Assembly (NCBI GenBank): GCA_013239625.1
Contig: MU057357.1
Location: forward strand, 8,523,161 to 8,587,160
Length of the DNA: 64,000 bases
Direction: 5' to 3'
Source of the DNA: Lama guanicoe
Lineage: Eukaryota
Made by a program: the position numbers and the translations under genes. Under the pieces are notes generated by a model, which did no database searches, had not been told where the DNA came from, and saw nothing but the letters and a program-made list of their open reading frames with translations. Below are positions 48,440 through 60,215 of this stretch, one piece after another (the stretch's first letter is position 1; the number at the start of each line of letters is the position of its first letter).

Positions 48440-49186
48440 GGGAGATGCTGTCTGATCCATCCATTCAGAAACCATGTATGGGGCCACTGATACCCATTAC
48501 GCTGACCTGTCGCTGCCTTTCCTTTGTTTTGTAGCACCTGTAGTTTGTGTGGAGCATGAATCAACCCCGATACCAAAGATGAGCCCTTGATTGGTCTGAG
48601 CCAATCAGAAAATTCCATCCAACTTATCACAAGCATTTGTCCACCTCGGCTCATGGCATCCTTCTGGGAATCACAGTGATTAGTTCAAGTGGGCCCAGTA
48701 AGAGTGAGTGCAGGGCCAGGCCCAGCCTCATGGGCACGTGACCTGCACAGCCACACAGGTCCCTGCACTGACTAGGGCTCCACAATCGGTTTAATGTTCT
48801 GGTTTTGCCTTCTTGAAATTCTCAATAATTGTTGAACAAGACACACTTGTTTTCTTCCACACTGGACCCCGCAGATCATGTCACTGGTCCTGCACAGGAC
48901 TTTACTTTGTTGACTGAAGTTGGACACGAACAAGGAGCACATACCCATGGCAGCCGTAGGCTGCCATCTCACAACCGTGAGAAAAGCAGCCTGAAGACAA
49001 AGTCAACACTTCAGAGGGCAGAACTGAGAGGAGCAGAGAGAGCAAGTGCCCTGACTGAGTCAAACCTGAAGTCCACCACTAAGCTGGACTTCTTGATTAT
49101 ACAAGCTAAAACATCCCTTTCTTGGTTTAAGCAGACTTCAGGGACATTTTCTATTATTTGCAACTGAGCACATTCTATCTGATACA
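48440..49186 (+). mobile_element. Old MaLR LTR (MLT1K/L-like) split by MER45A
   Basis: 'tgattggtctgagccaatca', 'agcagcctgaagacaaagtcaacac..agagggcagaactgagag', 3' end 'ttctattatttgcaactgagcacattctatctgataca'. Confidence 0.75.
48717..48892 (+). mobile_element. MER45A (hAT-Tip100) MITE
   Basis: 'caggcccagcctcatgggcacgtgacctgcacag', 'ggtttaatgttctg..tcttgaaattctcaataattgttgaacaag', ends 'ggtcctg'; TSD tgcagggc / cacaggac (compatible with CpG decay of cgcaggRc). Confidence 0.88.
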
Positions 49187-49904
49187 ATGACTAGAGACAC
49201 GTGTCAGTGCAATAACTTAGACTCTCAGAGACACATCTACAGGGCAGGAAAGGGTGACCTCAGCTATCTTTCCTACATATTCTGCACTCCAGTCTCATCT
49301 TCTCCATGACATCTGTCTTGTCCATTCACTCCAGCCCCAGGGTGCCCCCTCCTCAATAATCCCAAAGTAACTCAGTCAAATCAACGCCTATTTCTTGAAC
49401 ATTCAGCATAAGATGTGTCTAGCACTGGGCTGGGCTGAACTATTTACATACTGTATAGTGTCTGTTTATATAAAAGGCATAAGAACAAGCATTTAGAGCT
49501 GGACAGGACCTAAGAGACTGAGTCTAACACCGCTTCATTTTCCAGATGGAAACAAAGCCCACAGGAAGTGACTTATCCAAGGACACTTAGCAAGTCGGTC
49601 TGATTCAGGCCTCTGCCTCCTTCCCCCAGCCCTCAGCTCTCTCCACTTACTCTGCCTCAGGAACCATCCAGCTATTTCTACAATACATTGAAGACTGAAT
49701 CTTTGGTCCTACTAAAGTTGAAGAAGGCACAGTATCCCCATTAGTCACAAACAGTTTGGTGTGCAAAACTCCTTCCACCTTCTCCAAAACATAGACTCCA
49801 TCAGACACGTACAAATACCAGAATCTGCCCAGTAGACACTGGTCATGGTAAAAATTGCTTTTATCCTTGTTAGAATTTAATCATTCATATTTTGGTATTC
49901 AACA

Positions 49905-50125
49905 ATCTGGGTTCAAGTTGTGGATTCTTCCATTTACTAGCTCTGTGATCTTAGGTAAGACTTTCGATACTTCTATGACTCAGCTTTGTCCTCCCTAAAA
50001 CAAGATGATCATTCTTACCTTAGAAGGAAGTAGTAAAGATGAAATATATTAATGAGTATAAAACACTGAGGACAGGGTTGCTCCATTGACATATCAAGTG
50101 CTCAATAAACACTAGCTATTATTAC
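49905..50125 (+). mobile_element. MIR SINE
   Basis: 'ctgggttcaag..ccatttactagctctgtgatcttaggtaag', 'aagtgctcaataaacactagctattatta'. Confidence 0.85.
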
Positions 50126-50603
50126 TTGAATTATTATAATAATACTCTCCCTCGTAATATCACCCATGGTTATCTTGCACTGACATTTAACTCTTAAGGT
50201 GACACTTAGCTTTTTGTAAGTACATGCTTCACCCTCTTCCAAAAGCTCCTTCATAGCAGGGAGCTGTCATAATTGATTGCTATCTTCTGTGGTACCCCAG
50301 ACAGTGTGCTGCCCTCAGTGAGTACTCAATGAAGGACCATTGACTCATTGGCCGACCTCCACTAGCAGGTGGGATGCAAGAATTTCCCTTCCCTTTAGAA
50401 AAGTTTAGCTTTCTAGTTTGCAAGATGGAACATCTAACAAATTAACTATAAAAATTAGCCCAGTAAGGAAAGGTTCCAAGGGCTCCTTGAAGTTGTGGGG
50501 ACAAGATACTGGTTGTTGGTGCCAACTGGAGACAAGACCCAAAAGAACAGGGCTCCACGACAACTGAAGAGATAGGAGTTTGGTATCGAGAAGAGCTTCC
50601 TCA

Positions 50604-50679
50604 GTGGGGAGGATACAGCTCAGTGGCAGAGTGCCTGCTTAGCATATATGAGGTCCTGGGTTCAATCCCCAGTACCTCC
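50604..50679 (+). mobile_element. Tail-less tRNA-Ala-derived SINE head (vic-1 type) / tRNA pseudogene
   Basis: ggggaggatacagctcagtggcagagtgcctgcttagcatatatgaggtcctgggttcaatccccagtacctcc; AGC anticodon loop, intact B box, mismatched acceptor stem, no tail or TSD. Confidence 0.85.
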
Positions 50680-52026
50680 TTATTTGACCGGGGCTTAGAA
50701 ATGCTTTCAGAAAAGGTCATGGGATTTTCCTTCCTGGAGATTTTTAGGAAAGGTGGACACCACTTGGTTTCTAGTATAGTTAGTGTGAGGGGCACACTGT
50801 GGATAAGGGGGCAGATATCTAAGTGTTCTTTTGCAGGCCTGGGGTGGAAGGAGCAAAGACAGCAGAGCCTTGGGACCCAACTTCTAGAAGTCAAGGCCTA
50901 CACACCCCAGCAGATCCCACTGGAACCCCATGCCAGCCACAGCAATTGTGCCCAAGGCTACCGCTTTCTCTCCAGGTTGCGCCAGGAGGGAATAGCTTGG
51001 GGGCAAAGGAGGCAGGGATGAGGCAAGGAATTAATGACATCATTTCCCTACTGCAATCTGAGCTCCTTGGGAAAAAGGTGTGGCATAAACACCAGGTATT
51101 ATTATTATGAATCAGAACTTCTCTTTAAATCCTGTCTTTACTTAATACTCTTAACAAGATGAACCATTTCTAGGAAAAGGGAGTAAGAGACTTGAGAAGT
51201 GGTTTTCCAATTGAGTGGAGTGTTTTGGATTCTTTTAACCAGGCTTCCCAAACTTATTTTTTTCCTCTCAGGATCAAATGTCACCAACTGACCAGACACC
51301 ATTCTGTCTAAACAGGAAATTCCCTGCCCCTGACCCCAACCTTCTCCTCCCTTCTCCCCTCATTTTATTTACCCTCTGACCTGAACGTAATATAAATATT
51401 TAATCTCATTTATTACCTGAAAATTATCTGTATTTATTCTGTTTATTTAGTGACAGTTACTTGAAAACAAAACAAAAACTACCGGATTGGGTCAAACAAC
51501 CAGTGTGTCTGATTTTTCCACTAAGCTAATCCCTTTTGGTGTTTCATTTAGATAATTGACTGGTTGCTCCCCAAACACATCACAGATTTTCCCAGTCCTC
51601 ACACTCTCCCACATACATCATTTCTTTGTCAGGCAAAATCTGACTCACCTTTCAAAATCCATTTCAAACATCCCCTTCTCTGTGAAGACTTCCCTGACAG
51701 CCCCTCCCACCTCTACTGCTAGACCAGCGCTCCCTTCCCCATCCTCCCAGGGTGCCTTGGGTGTACCTGCATTCTTGGTCTTATCCCACCAGGTGGGACC
51801 TACTGGAGGCAGTAGAATGGAGATTTTAGAGGACTCCAGAGTCATACACCCAGATTCAATAACCTTTTAGTATTGAAACAGAAGGCAAGTGTCAGCTTTT
51901 CTAGGGGCCAGGGACCCCATCTTAGGTTTTACTTAATAAGCCTCTGGCTTCTAGGAGATGCTATGCAATCTTTGAGGGCCAAATATAGATAAGGAAGGAA
52001 AGGAAAGGAAATGGAAGAATAAAGAT

Positions 52027-52059
52027 GGGGATGGGGATGGGGATGGGGAAGCTAGGGGG
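52027..52059 (+). repeat. (GGGGAT)n G-rich repeat, G-quadruplex motif
   Basis: ggggatggggatggggatggggaagctaggggg. Confidence 0.8.
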
Positions 52060-52434
52060 AAGCGGTGGTGGTGGGGAAGAGGAAGGATTTTTCTAAAGCG
52101 GAAAGAACACATCATTTGGGAGTGGTTGAGACACCAAACATCTAACCCACATCCTGACCCAGCAGACACCATGGCTGATGATTTGGGGGGTGCAGTTTCA
52201 TCTGTCAACTAACTCTGTGTTTCTGCACACCAGCAAGGTGTGGGCTGAGAGCCGGGTTTAGGGACAGGATGAGACATGGGCAGGCAGGTTCCCTCCATCT
52301 GTCCTGGCACAGCTCACAGAGTCTGCCTCTCAGGTAGGACCTAGCTCTGGGACTATCCTGCCCCCTCCCATACCAAGCCAGATCCCTTTAGCTTGGGGTG
52401 GGAGAAGCCTATGGTAGGATTATTCGGGATCAAC

Positions 52435-52965
52435 TTATCCTTTTAACACACAGGTCAGACCTTGCTGGTCTCTCGCTCTCAGTGCCTGATGGCTTCCCCA
52501 GTCACTCAGGATATAATCCAACGTTCGTATAGTGTGGCCTGGCCCCTGGCTACTTCTTTGCATTCTGTCCCCACCTGAACTCCTTGCTGCTTCTTAAATA
52601 TGCCAAGCAGGATCCCCCCCAAAGGCCTCCAAACTTGCTGTTCCTTTTCTGAGGATCTGCTACTCCAGAGACATGCAGGGCCTGTCCTCTTCTTTCTTCA
52701 GATCTCTGCTCAAATGTCTCCTCCTGGGAAACACCTTCTGTGACCATCCTAATTAAGGCAGGCCCCCTTCAGTCACCCCCACTCGCTCCACTGTACTTCT
52801 TGTCACCACATTCATCTCATCTGACATAACATCTGCTTTATTCGGCTTTTATCTGCCCCACCCCTGTACACATGCTCCATGACTGCAGAAACTGTACTGT
52901 GTTCACCACCACGTCATCACAGTGCCCGGCACATCATGGGTGCTAGGGAAACTTGCTGAGTGGAT
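52435..52965 (+). mobile_element. L2 3' region
   Basis: 'cttcagatctctgctcaaatgtctcctcctgggaaacaccttctgtgaccatcctaattaa', 'gtgttcaccacc..cacagtgcccggcacat'. Confidence 0.85.
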
Positions 52966-54159
52966 GACAGAACGAAGGACTCAAACCACCTCATTAACAG
53001 GGAGGGACCCAGAGCTGAGAGCAAGAAGACCTTGTTCAAGGTGATATTCACCGGCTCATGTGTGGCAGATCCTGAGTTCACCCGTGTCTCCTGGCCCCGA
53101 CATGAGGCCTTAGTGCAAATCCACACTGTGATCTGGGGAATGGTCCCTCACCAACACACACTACCCCAGCCCCAAGTGGACTTTGAAAGGGAGGTTCAGC
53201 CCCTTTCAAGCCCAGTGCACAAGGTGGCTTTCTGGCCATACTTGAGTCTCTTCACATCTCTTGCTCCAAATACATTCTGTATCTGAATGAAAAGGTGCTT
53301 GAAAAAACCAAGACAAGATGATCCCAGGTGGAGGGCGACCCAATCTGGACTATGTCCACAGAAGGCAGGACAAGTGTTCACTGCATTTGATTAGAGTGTG
53401 GTTAGAGGGTAGAAGGAATCCCTCACATGAAGGAGAGTCAGAACTGGAATGGGTATCCAGGGCAGGGCAAAACATTGTTAAAACCCTGGAGAGACAGGAG
53501 AAAGCCACATCTCCATTTACGTAATGTTCATTCAGTCATTCAGCAGATATTTACTGAGTGTTTCCATATATCTAAGGACAGTGCATGGGCAGGATCTTAT
53601 ATGAGTTTGTCCTCAAGGAATCTCTTTGTAGAACAGCTTCTTCACCTGCTGCAGTCCTGAGAACTGGGGATGAGAAGTCTCCAGCAAAGTGACACAGTCA
53701 TCCTCCTCTTCCCTCCGGTTCAGTTTCTCAGATAACAATGGCATCCACACCAGGGTCATGGATCTGGGCTACCTGGACTTTCCATGGCTCGTTTTGTCCA
53801 TCTTCCTGCCCCTAAAAATAAACTCAGGCAATGATGGGTCATTCTTAGAGTCTCCAGCAGAGTTAATCCCACATCTCCTTTGTTCAACATTGCGTGACGA
53901 CTATCAGCCTTTCCATCAGAAAGTTCCTTCTGGAGTCTGCCCTCATATCTTTCTGCCACTTCTTTTTAGTCCTTTTCTTTTTTTTTTTTTTTAATTCATC
54001 ATAGGTAAGTCTCCAGACACTCAACCCCTTTTTGCACCGTTTGCTAAAGAATACATTAAAAAATCAGTCAATCAGCCAGCAAATATGCATTGAGCATCAA
54101 TCATACATAAAAATCTCTGCTAAGTTTAGGGAAAAGTACAAAGAGAAGCAGAGGAAAGA

Positions 54160-54520
54160 ATGGTGGGTCTGGAGACAGACTAAATTGGAACCATAGCTCT
54201 GAAACTTGTCCCCATGAGAACAAATTCTCCTCCCCGGTCGGGTTTATCGTCTGTGAAATAGGGTGAGCAGTTCCTGCTCTAACAATCACCCTGGGTCATT
54301 GTGAAGCTCAATAAAGATTATCGCAGGCAGAGCCTTCATAAACTGTAAAATTCCATAGAAATGTGAGTCAGATGCAATACGGTGTCATGGAAAAACACTG
54401 GACTTACAGCCACAGGGCTGAGTGGACCTGACTCTGACAGTACTGAAATCGTCACTTACTTCCCCTGGGTCTTTGGGCAGGTCAATTTGCCTCAGTTTCC
54501 TTCTCTGTAGAAATGGTTTG
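54160..54520 (+). mobile_element. Two adjacent MIR fragments
   Basis: 'tctggagacagac..tcgtctgtgaaataggg'; 'gtgtcatggaaaaacactggact..ttgggcaggtcaatttgcctcagtttccttctctgtagaaatgg'. Confidence 0.7.
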
Positions 54521-54564
54521 TTCGGCAGATTGAGACACTGCACAGAGAAAGTATCCCTCATTGG

Positions 54565-54825
54565 AGGTGGAGATTAACAGACACACATTACTGCTTATAA
54601 AATCAGTTAAAAAAAAAAAACAAGGACTTACTGTACAGTACAGGGAACTATATTCAGTTTCTTATAATAACATATAATGGAAAAGAATCTGAAAAGAAAA
54701 TATATATTAAATATATATATATACATATATATACACATATATGTGTGTATAACTGAATTGCTTTGCTGTACACCTGAAACTAACATTATAAATTAACTAC
54801 ACTTCAATAAAAAAAAAAGTTTTTT
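54565..54825 (+). mobile_element. Short artiodactyl-type L1 3' end
   Basis: 'caaggacttactgtacagtacagggaactatattca', 'tataactgaattgctttgctgtacacctgaaactaac', polyA; TSD aagtatccctcattgg (54549-64) / aagtatcccccattgg (54826-41). Confidence 0.93.
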
Positions 54826-54940
54826 AAGTATCCCCCATTGGCTCCTGGCACCCAGCAGATCTCAGACTGTACTTGTTCATTCCTTCACAACTGATAAGGG
54901 GAGAGCAGTACAAGTACTGCCCGAGAAGAGAACAGTAGTA

Positions 54941-54982
54941 AACACCATAGTCCAACACCATAGTCCAACACCATAGTCCAAC
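54941..54982. repeat. 13-bp tandem repeat, 3.2 perfect copies
   Basis: (aacaccatagtcc)x3 + aac. Confidence 0.95.
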
Positions 54983-55346
54983 CAGGCTTGAAGGGTCAGC
55001 CTGTGCATCAGTGAGAAATGAGGCCAGAAGAGCTGTGACCTGAGGTTGAGGGGGAGGGAAAATGCCAGACTAAGGAGTTTGGGCTTGAGAGAATCATTCA
55101 TGGGCATCAGGGAGCCATTGATGGTTTCAGAGAAGTGAGATAATGGATGAAATTTATTTCTGTTCTTTGTGGGAAGTGGCTCAGGAATGGAGAACACCCT
55201 GGAATTGTTGAATTCTTCACTTCAGGGCTGGGCATTAACCTGCTGGAATGGAACACAGGTTTTAGAGGGTCAAGGCCTGACCAGCACCTCCTGTGTGTAG
55301 TTAGAGCTCAAGAGCAAAACCTGCCCAGATTTCTAAACTTGGGCCT

Positions 55347-55803
55347 TGTATTAGTCAGCTACAGCTGGATAACAAATTACTTCAAGAGGGAGTGGCTAAA
55401 AAAAGTTTATTATCTCCCAGTTTCTGGGAGGGTCCAAGCTGGATGGTTTGGAGTCTGGGTGTCTCATGAAGTTGTAGTCAAGATGTCAGGTGGGGTTGCA
55501 GTCATCTGAGGGCCTGGCTGGGGCTGAGTCATCCTCTTCCAAGGGGCCTTAGTTATGTGCCAGCCAAGTTGGCTGTTGGCAGAGGGTTTCAGTTATTCAC
55601 ACTTGGGTCTCTTCACATGGCCTCTGGTTCCCCAGAGCAAGTGTTCAAGGAGAGCATGGCTACAGTGTTTTTGAAGACCTAACTTCAGAAGACACACACC
55701 CTCACTTTCATGGTGCTCTGGTGGTCAACTGACTAATCCTAGTGCCATGTAGGAGAGGGCTACATAAAGGACTCATTGGAGGCTTTCTAGGGAACTGGCT
55801 ACA
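55347..55803 (-). mobile_element. MaLR solo LTR (MLT1G/H-like)
   Basis: 'tgtattagtcagcta..ataacaaattac', 'tctcatgaagttgtagtcaagatgtcagg..tgcagtcatctgagggc', 'gacctaacttcagaagacacacac'. Confidence 0.85.
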
Positions 55804-55834
55804 ATGGCCAGGAGAGTGGGATATAGAAGAGAAT

Positions 55835-56060
55835 GATCTTGGAACCAAACAGACATGGGTTCAAGTCTCAGGTCCTTAACTTACACCCTGTGTGACTTTG
55901 AGCAAGTCAGTTAAATCTCAGGCTTTAGTGTCCTCTCTGTAAAATGAGAAAAAAAAATTAAAGCTTCAGCATGAAAGGGTTGTGCAGAGTTAGCAAGATG
56001 CTCCTCATAGAGCATTTGGTCCAGCTCCAGACTGGAGGCCAAAGTCTGTGTTTGATAAAT
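55835..56060 (+). mobile_element. MIR SINE
   Basis: 'cagacatgggttcaagtctca..ctgtgtgactttgagcaagtcagttaaatctc..ctctgtaaaatgag'. Confidence 0.8.
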
Positions 56061-56130
56061 GGGGGCTTTGTTTACTGGTATAATTCACAGGCAGGCAGGA
56101 GGAGAGCTGATCTAGAAGCACAAACAATCC

Positions 56131-56323
56131 TGTCTTTGGCTGAATAATACCCTCAAGGATGTTCATGTCTCAATCTCCAGATCCTATAAATATGTTACCT
56201 TATATGGCAAAAAGGATTTTATGGGTATAAGCCAAGAATCTTCCTGTATTTTTTATTGTTGTTGAAGTATAGTCAATTAACAATGTTGTGTTAATTTCTG
56301 CTGTATAGCAGTGATTCACTTAT

Positions 56324-56372
<49 letters not shown>

Positions 56373-56782
56373 CACACACACACATACACACGTATATATA
56401 TACATATTCCTTTTCATATTCTTTTTCACTATTGGCTATTACAAGGTATTGAATATAGTTCTCTGTGCTATACAGTAGGCTTTATTGTTTATCTATTTTA
56501 TATATAGTAGTAAGTATCTGCAAATCTCAAACTCCAAATTTATCCTTTCCCATTCCCTTTCCCCCTAGTAACCATAAGTTTGTTTTCTATGTCTGTGAGT
56601 CTGTCTCTGTTTTGTAAATAAGTTCACCTGTGTCCTTTTTCTAGATTCTACATGTAAGTGATATCATATGGTTTTTCTCTTTCTCTTTCTGGCTTACTTC
56701 ACTTAGTATGACACTCTCCAGATCAATCAATGCAGCTGCAAATGACATTGTTTTATTCTTTTTTATGGCTGAGTAGTACTCC

Positions 56783-56826
<44 letters not shown>

Positions 56827-57300
56827 GATACACACACACAACGATATATAGAGACTACAACTTCTTTATCCAGTTATCCATCAATAGATGTTTAAGTTGC
56901 TTCCATATTTTAAGCCAAGAATTTTGAGATGGGGAGATAGACCTGGATTATCTGAGCGGACCCAATGTTGCAATCACAAGTGTCTTTGGAAGAGGCAGGC
57001 AGTAGTGATATAGAGGGAAGAAGGCTATGTGATGATGGAAGCAGAAATTGGAGTGACACAGCCATCAACTAAGAAGCTAAGATATGCCAGCAACGTGAAC
57101 CTGGAAGAGGCAAGGAATAGATTCTCCCCTAGAGCCTCCAGAAGGAACCCACTCTGCCATCACCTTGATTTTAGCTCTGTTAAGTCTCATTTCTGACTTC
57201 TGACCTCCAGAACTGTAAGAGTAAATGTGTGTTGTTTTAATCCATCTGATCCATATAAATGTATAGTTATTTCATATAGCAGCAATAGGAAACTAATACA
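56131..57300 (+). mobile_element. MaLR solo LTR (MLT1C/D-like) split by an L1
   Basis: 'ggctgaataatac..atgttaccttatatggcaaaaaggattt'; 'ctggaagaggcaaggaatagattctcccctagagcctccagaaggaa'; ends 'gcaataggaaactaataca'; flanks share aatcct. Confidence 0.9.
56243..56910 (-). mobile_element. Artiodactyl-type L1 3' fragment with (CA)n and (TG)n tracts
   Basis: 'ttgaagtatagtcaatt', 'ctctgtgctatacagtagg', 'ttctttttatggctgagtagtactccactg'; TSD taagccaagaatctt (56228-42) / taagccaagaatttt (56911-25). Confidence 0.94.
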
Positions 57301-57799
57301 ATCCTTTGAGGGGATCAAATTGGCCCCTGGAGCCTAGGGAAGAGGATGATAGGGGAGAGAAGGGATAAGGGAAGAGGGCAGAGTAGGCACACATCACTGA
57401 ACTGCATAAAGGAAACCCATCACCCTCTCCCAAGACAGTACAGCCCTAATTCTGCAGGATCTGACATTATTTGAGATAGAGGCATGGATTCAGGGCCCAA
57501 ACAGTGGTGGAGGTAAATAAGAAAGCAAAGAGTGGTGAAGCAGTTCTGAAGATGACTGGCCTGGTCTGTCGACTTAAAGTGCCTTTGCTTAACAAGAAGT
57601 AAAATTGCATTGGCCAGTTCCTGACGACCTCAGTGGCCAGAGGTCAAGATGCTCCAAGACTGGCATTCTGCAAACTTCTTTCTCTCCCAGAAAACAAACA
57701 GAGAAAGGGACTAAGGGAAACCATCTCTTGAAACCTGGGGAAATGAAAGGAGAGGGAAAAGAAGGAGGCTCTAGAGACAGACAGGTTGTAAAGAAAAAC

Positions 57800-58005
57800 A
57801 GGCACAGGATTTGGAGGCAGAAAAGATTCTTCGGTCCCAGGCTCTGCCACTGGCTTAGTGACACCAAGAAAGTCAGTTCCACTTCTCTGGGCCTCAGTTT
57901 CATCATCTGTCAAGTGAGGTGGTTAGGAGGATGACACGGGTGAAGGCATGTAGTATATTCTACATGACAGGCATACAGTAGGTGATTAATAAATGTTGTT
58001 ATTAC
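57800..58005 (+). mobile_element. MIR SINE
   Basis: 'cccaggctctgccactggcttagtgac..cttctctgggcctcagtttcatcatctgtcaagtgagg', 'ggcatacagtaggtg..aataaatgttgttattac'. Confidence 0.85.
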
Positions 58006-59685
58006 TGCAGTGACCAACTCCATTTAGAAAGCATTTATTCAGTGTTTAAGATGTAGAAGGCAGTGTAGACACTAGACAAGTAGGATGTAGTCTCAGCTCT
58101 TGATGAGTCTGTGATCTGGTGAGGACACAGAATCCTGTGGGGTCCTACAGAGCGGTACCTAAGACAGGCTGGAGCATCTTGAGACTTACAGGCTCTCTGA
58201 GAGATAAACAAAGGCCTAGTTGGAACCAAAGAGGGCAATCGAGGAAAGTCTGGTCTTACTCCCCACCCACAGTGTCCCCATCAACAAGAGAGCAGCTGTT
58301 CCATGGTTGGTGTAAAGTGTTCAGTAAAACAATCCTCATAGCATTAACATCTGTTACTCTTATTAAGAACCCAAGCTTTGGAATCATACAGTTCTTCATT
58401 TCAACCCCTACTGACAAGCTGAAATTGGGTGGGTAGCTGATATTCACTAGATATAAGGGGGTCAGCCAAGAAGCAGGAATGGTTATCCCTACTTGCAGAG
58501 TTGCTCTGAAGACAGGGGACACTGAGTGCAGTGGGCCAGGTGTGCAGTAGACAAAGGAAGTGAGAGCTATGTCTGTGGTTACTGGCCAGGCCCACCTGCA
58601 GGAAGAAATCCCCTACACCGGATGGAAATCAGATGACACTGGAAGAATCTCTCTGTTCCCTTGGGACTTTGCTGCTCACCTGGCTGACACCACTAAGGAG
58701 CGACGGTAAAGGTGCTCATGTGACAATTCTAGGACCACAAGAGACTCCCTTGTGGAACGAACCAGACCACACTTGCCCCTTCTGGACCTGGCCACCCTCC
58801 TTCCTCCTTCAGTAGCTCCTGCACTGCTCCCCCAATATCTTTGTGGTGTCAGCCCCTAAATCACAGTGGAAAGAAACCTACTTCAATCAAGTTCTTCCCA
58901 GAATCTCCAGGCCAGCCCCGGGGGAAAGGTTTCTTGGCCAGAACATTAGAAATTTTCCAACCCTTCACAAACTCCCTCCAGGCAGGGAATGAAAATTAAA
59001 AGACAGACAGAGATGTAGGAGGAGCCATCTGAGAACGTAGCTTTCCCCAAACACTGAGCCTGATACATCCTGAGGACTAGAGCCCAACAAGTTTCAACGC
59101 ACTGAGAGCTCTTCCCCTCCAGCTGCACCAACTAATTACAAGGAAAAGTTCGGAAGGGAATTTTTGAGCTTTTCATGACAGTGCAGTTTTCTCTTTTACT
59201 CTCTCTCCTCCTCCTCCTCCATCCTCCCTTCCCCATTCTCTCTCCTTCTCTTCCTGCATCTCTGGTTCCAGGCAACATGCTCCTGCAGATAGGCAGGAGC
59301 TGGTGGGTGCACTAAACAGAGACTCACATGCTGGAATGAATCTCAGGACATAACAGAATCAGATCTCCACCTCTACACAAAATCACTGCTCACCTGTCGG
59401 AATCCTCCAGAAAAAAAAAGTTAGGAAACAGCCTGGACTTCTCCTCTCAAGACAGCATTTAAAAGTAATGTTCATTTCTCCTTGTACAAGTAATGCATAC
59501 TCATACAGAAGGTACAAAGAAGACATGATCATCCACTATCCCAACAACCAGAGATAACACACTATCAATATTTTGATGTACAGTAAATCCTTGACATTCC
59601 CAAGAATTATATCTCAAGATCTTCATGAATCTCCAAATTTAAGAAGATGGAAATGTTGGAACCAATCTCAAGAAGCTTTACAAAG

Positions 59686-59839
59686 NNNNNNNNNNNNNNN
59701 NNNNNNNNNNNNNNNNNNNNNNNNNNNNNNNNNNNNNNNNNNNNNNNNNNNNNNNNNNNNNNNNNNNNNNNNNNNNNNNNNNNNNNNNNNNNNNNNNNNN
59801 NNNNNNNNNNNNNNNNNNNNNNNNNNNNNNNNNNNNNNN
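59686..59839. other. N-run (154 nt)
   Basis: Ns at the 5' side of an L1 fragment. Confidence 1.
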
Positions 59840-59849
59840 GCTTAGTTAA

Positions 59850-60215
59850 ATAAATACTGTATAATATCGCTTATAGTGGAATCTAAAAATACAGCAAACT
59901 AATGAATATAACAAAAAAGAAACAGACTCACAGATGTAGAGGACAAACTAGTGGTTACCTGTGGGAAGAGGGGAGAGGGCAGGGACAACATAGAGGTAAG
60001 GGATTAAGAAGTACAAAGTATTATGTATACAATGAGCTACAAGAATATATTGTACAACACAATGAATATAGCCAATAATTTATAGTAACTATAAATGAAC
60101 TACAACTTTTAAAAACTGTGAATCAGTGTATTGTACACTTATATCTTATGTAATATTGTACATCAACTATACTCCAATTTTAAAAAAGGAAAGAAAAATG
60201 TATTTAAAATAAAGA
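59850..60215 (+). mobile_element. L1 3' UTR fragment (L1MA/artiodactyl-type)
   Basis: 'ggaatctaaaaatacagcaaactaatgaatataacaaaaaagaaacagactcacagat..aaactagtggttacc', 'taatattgtacatcaactatactccaatttt'. Confidence 0.88.

Noticed and set aside
48588-48607. Inverted CCAAT pair tgattgg..ccaatca
   Set aside because: As I recall, an ordinary feature of old MLT1 consensus sequences, so not locus-specific.
50604-50679. Functional tRNA-Ala(AGC) gene
   Set aside because: Acceptor stem has A-C mismatches, U8 is replaced by C, CpGs have decayed, and there is no T4 terminator directly downstream; the 5' end matches the SINE copies.
54941-54982. CRISPR-like direct repeats
   Set aside because: Head-to-tail 13-mers with no spacers, in a mammalian genome.
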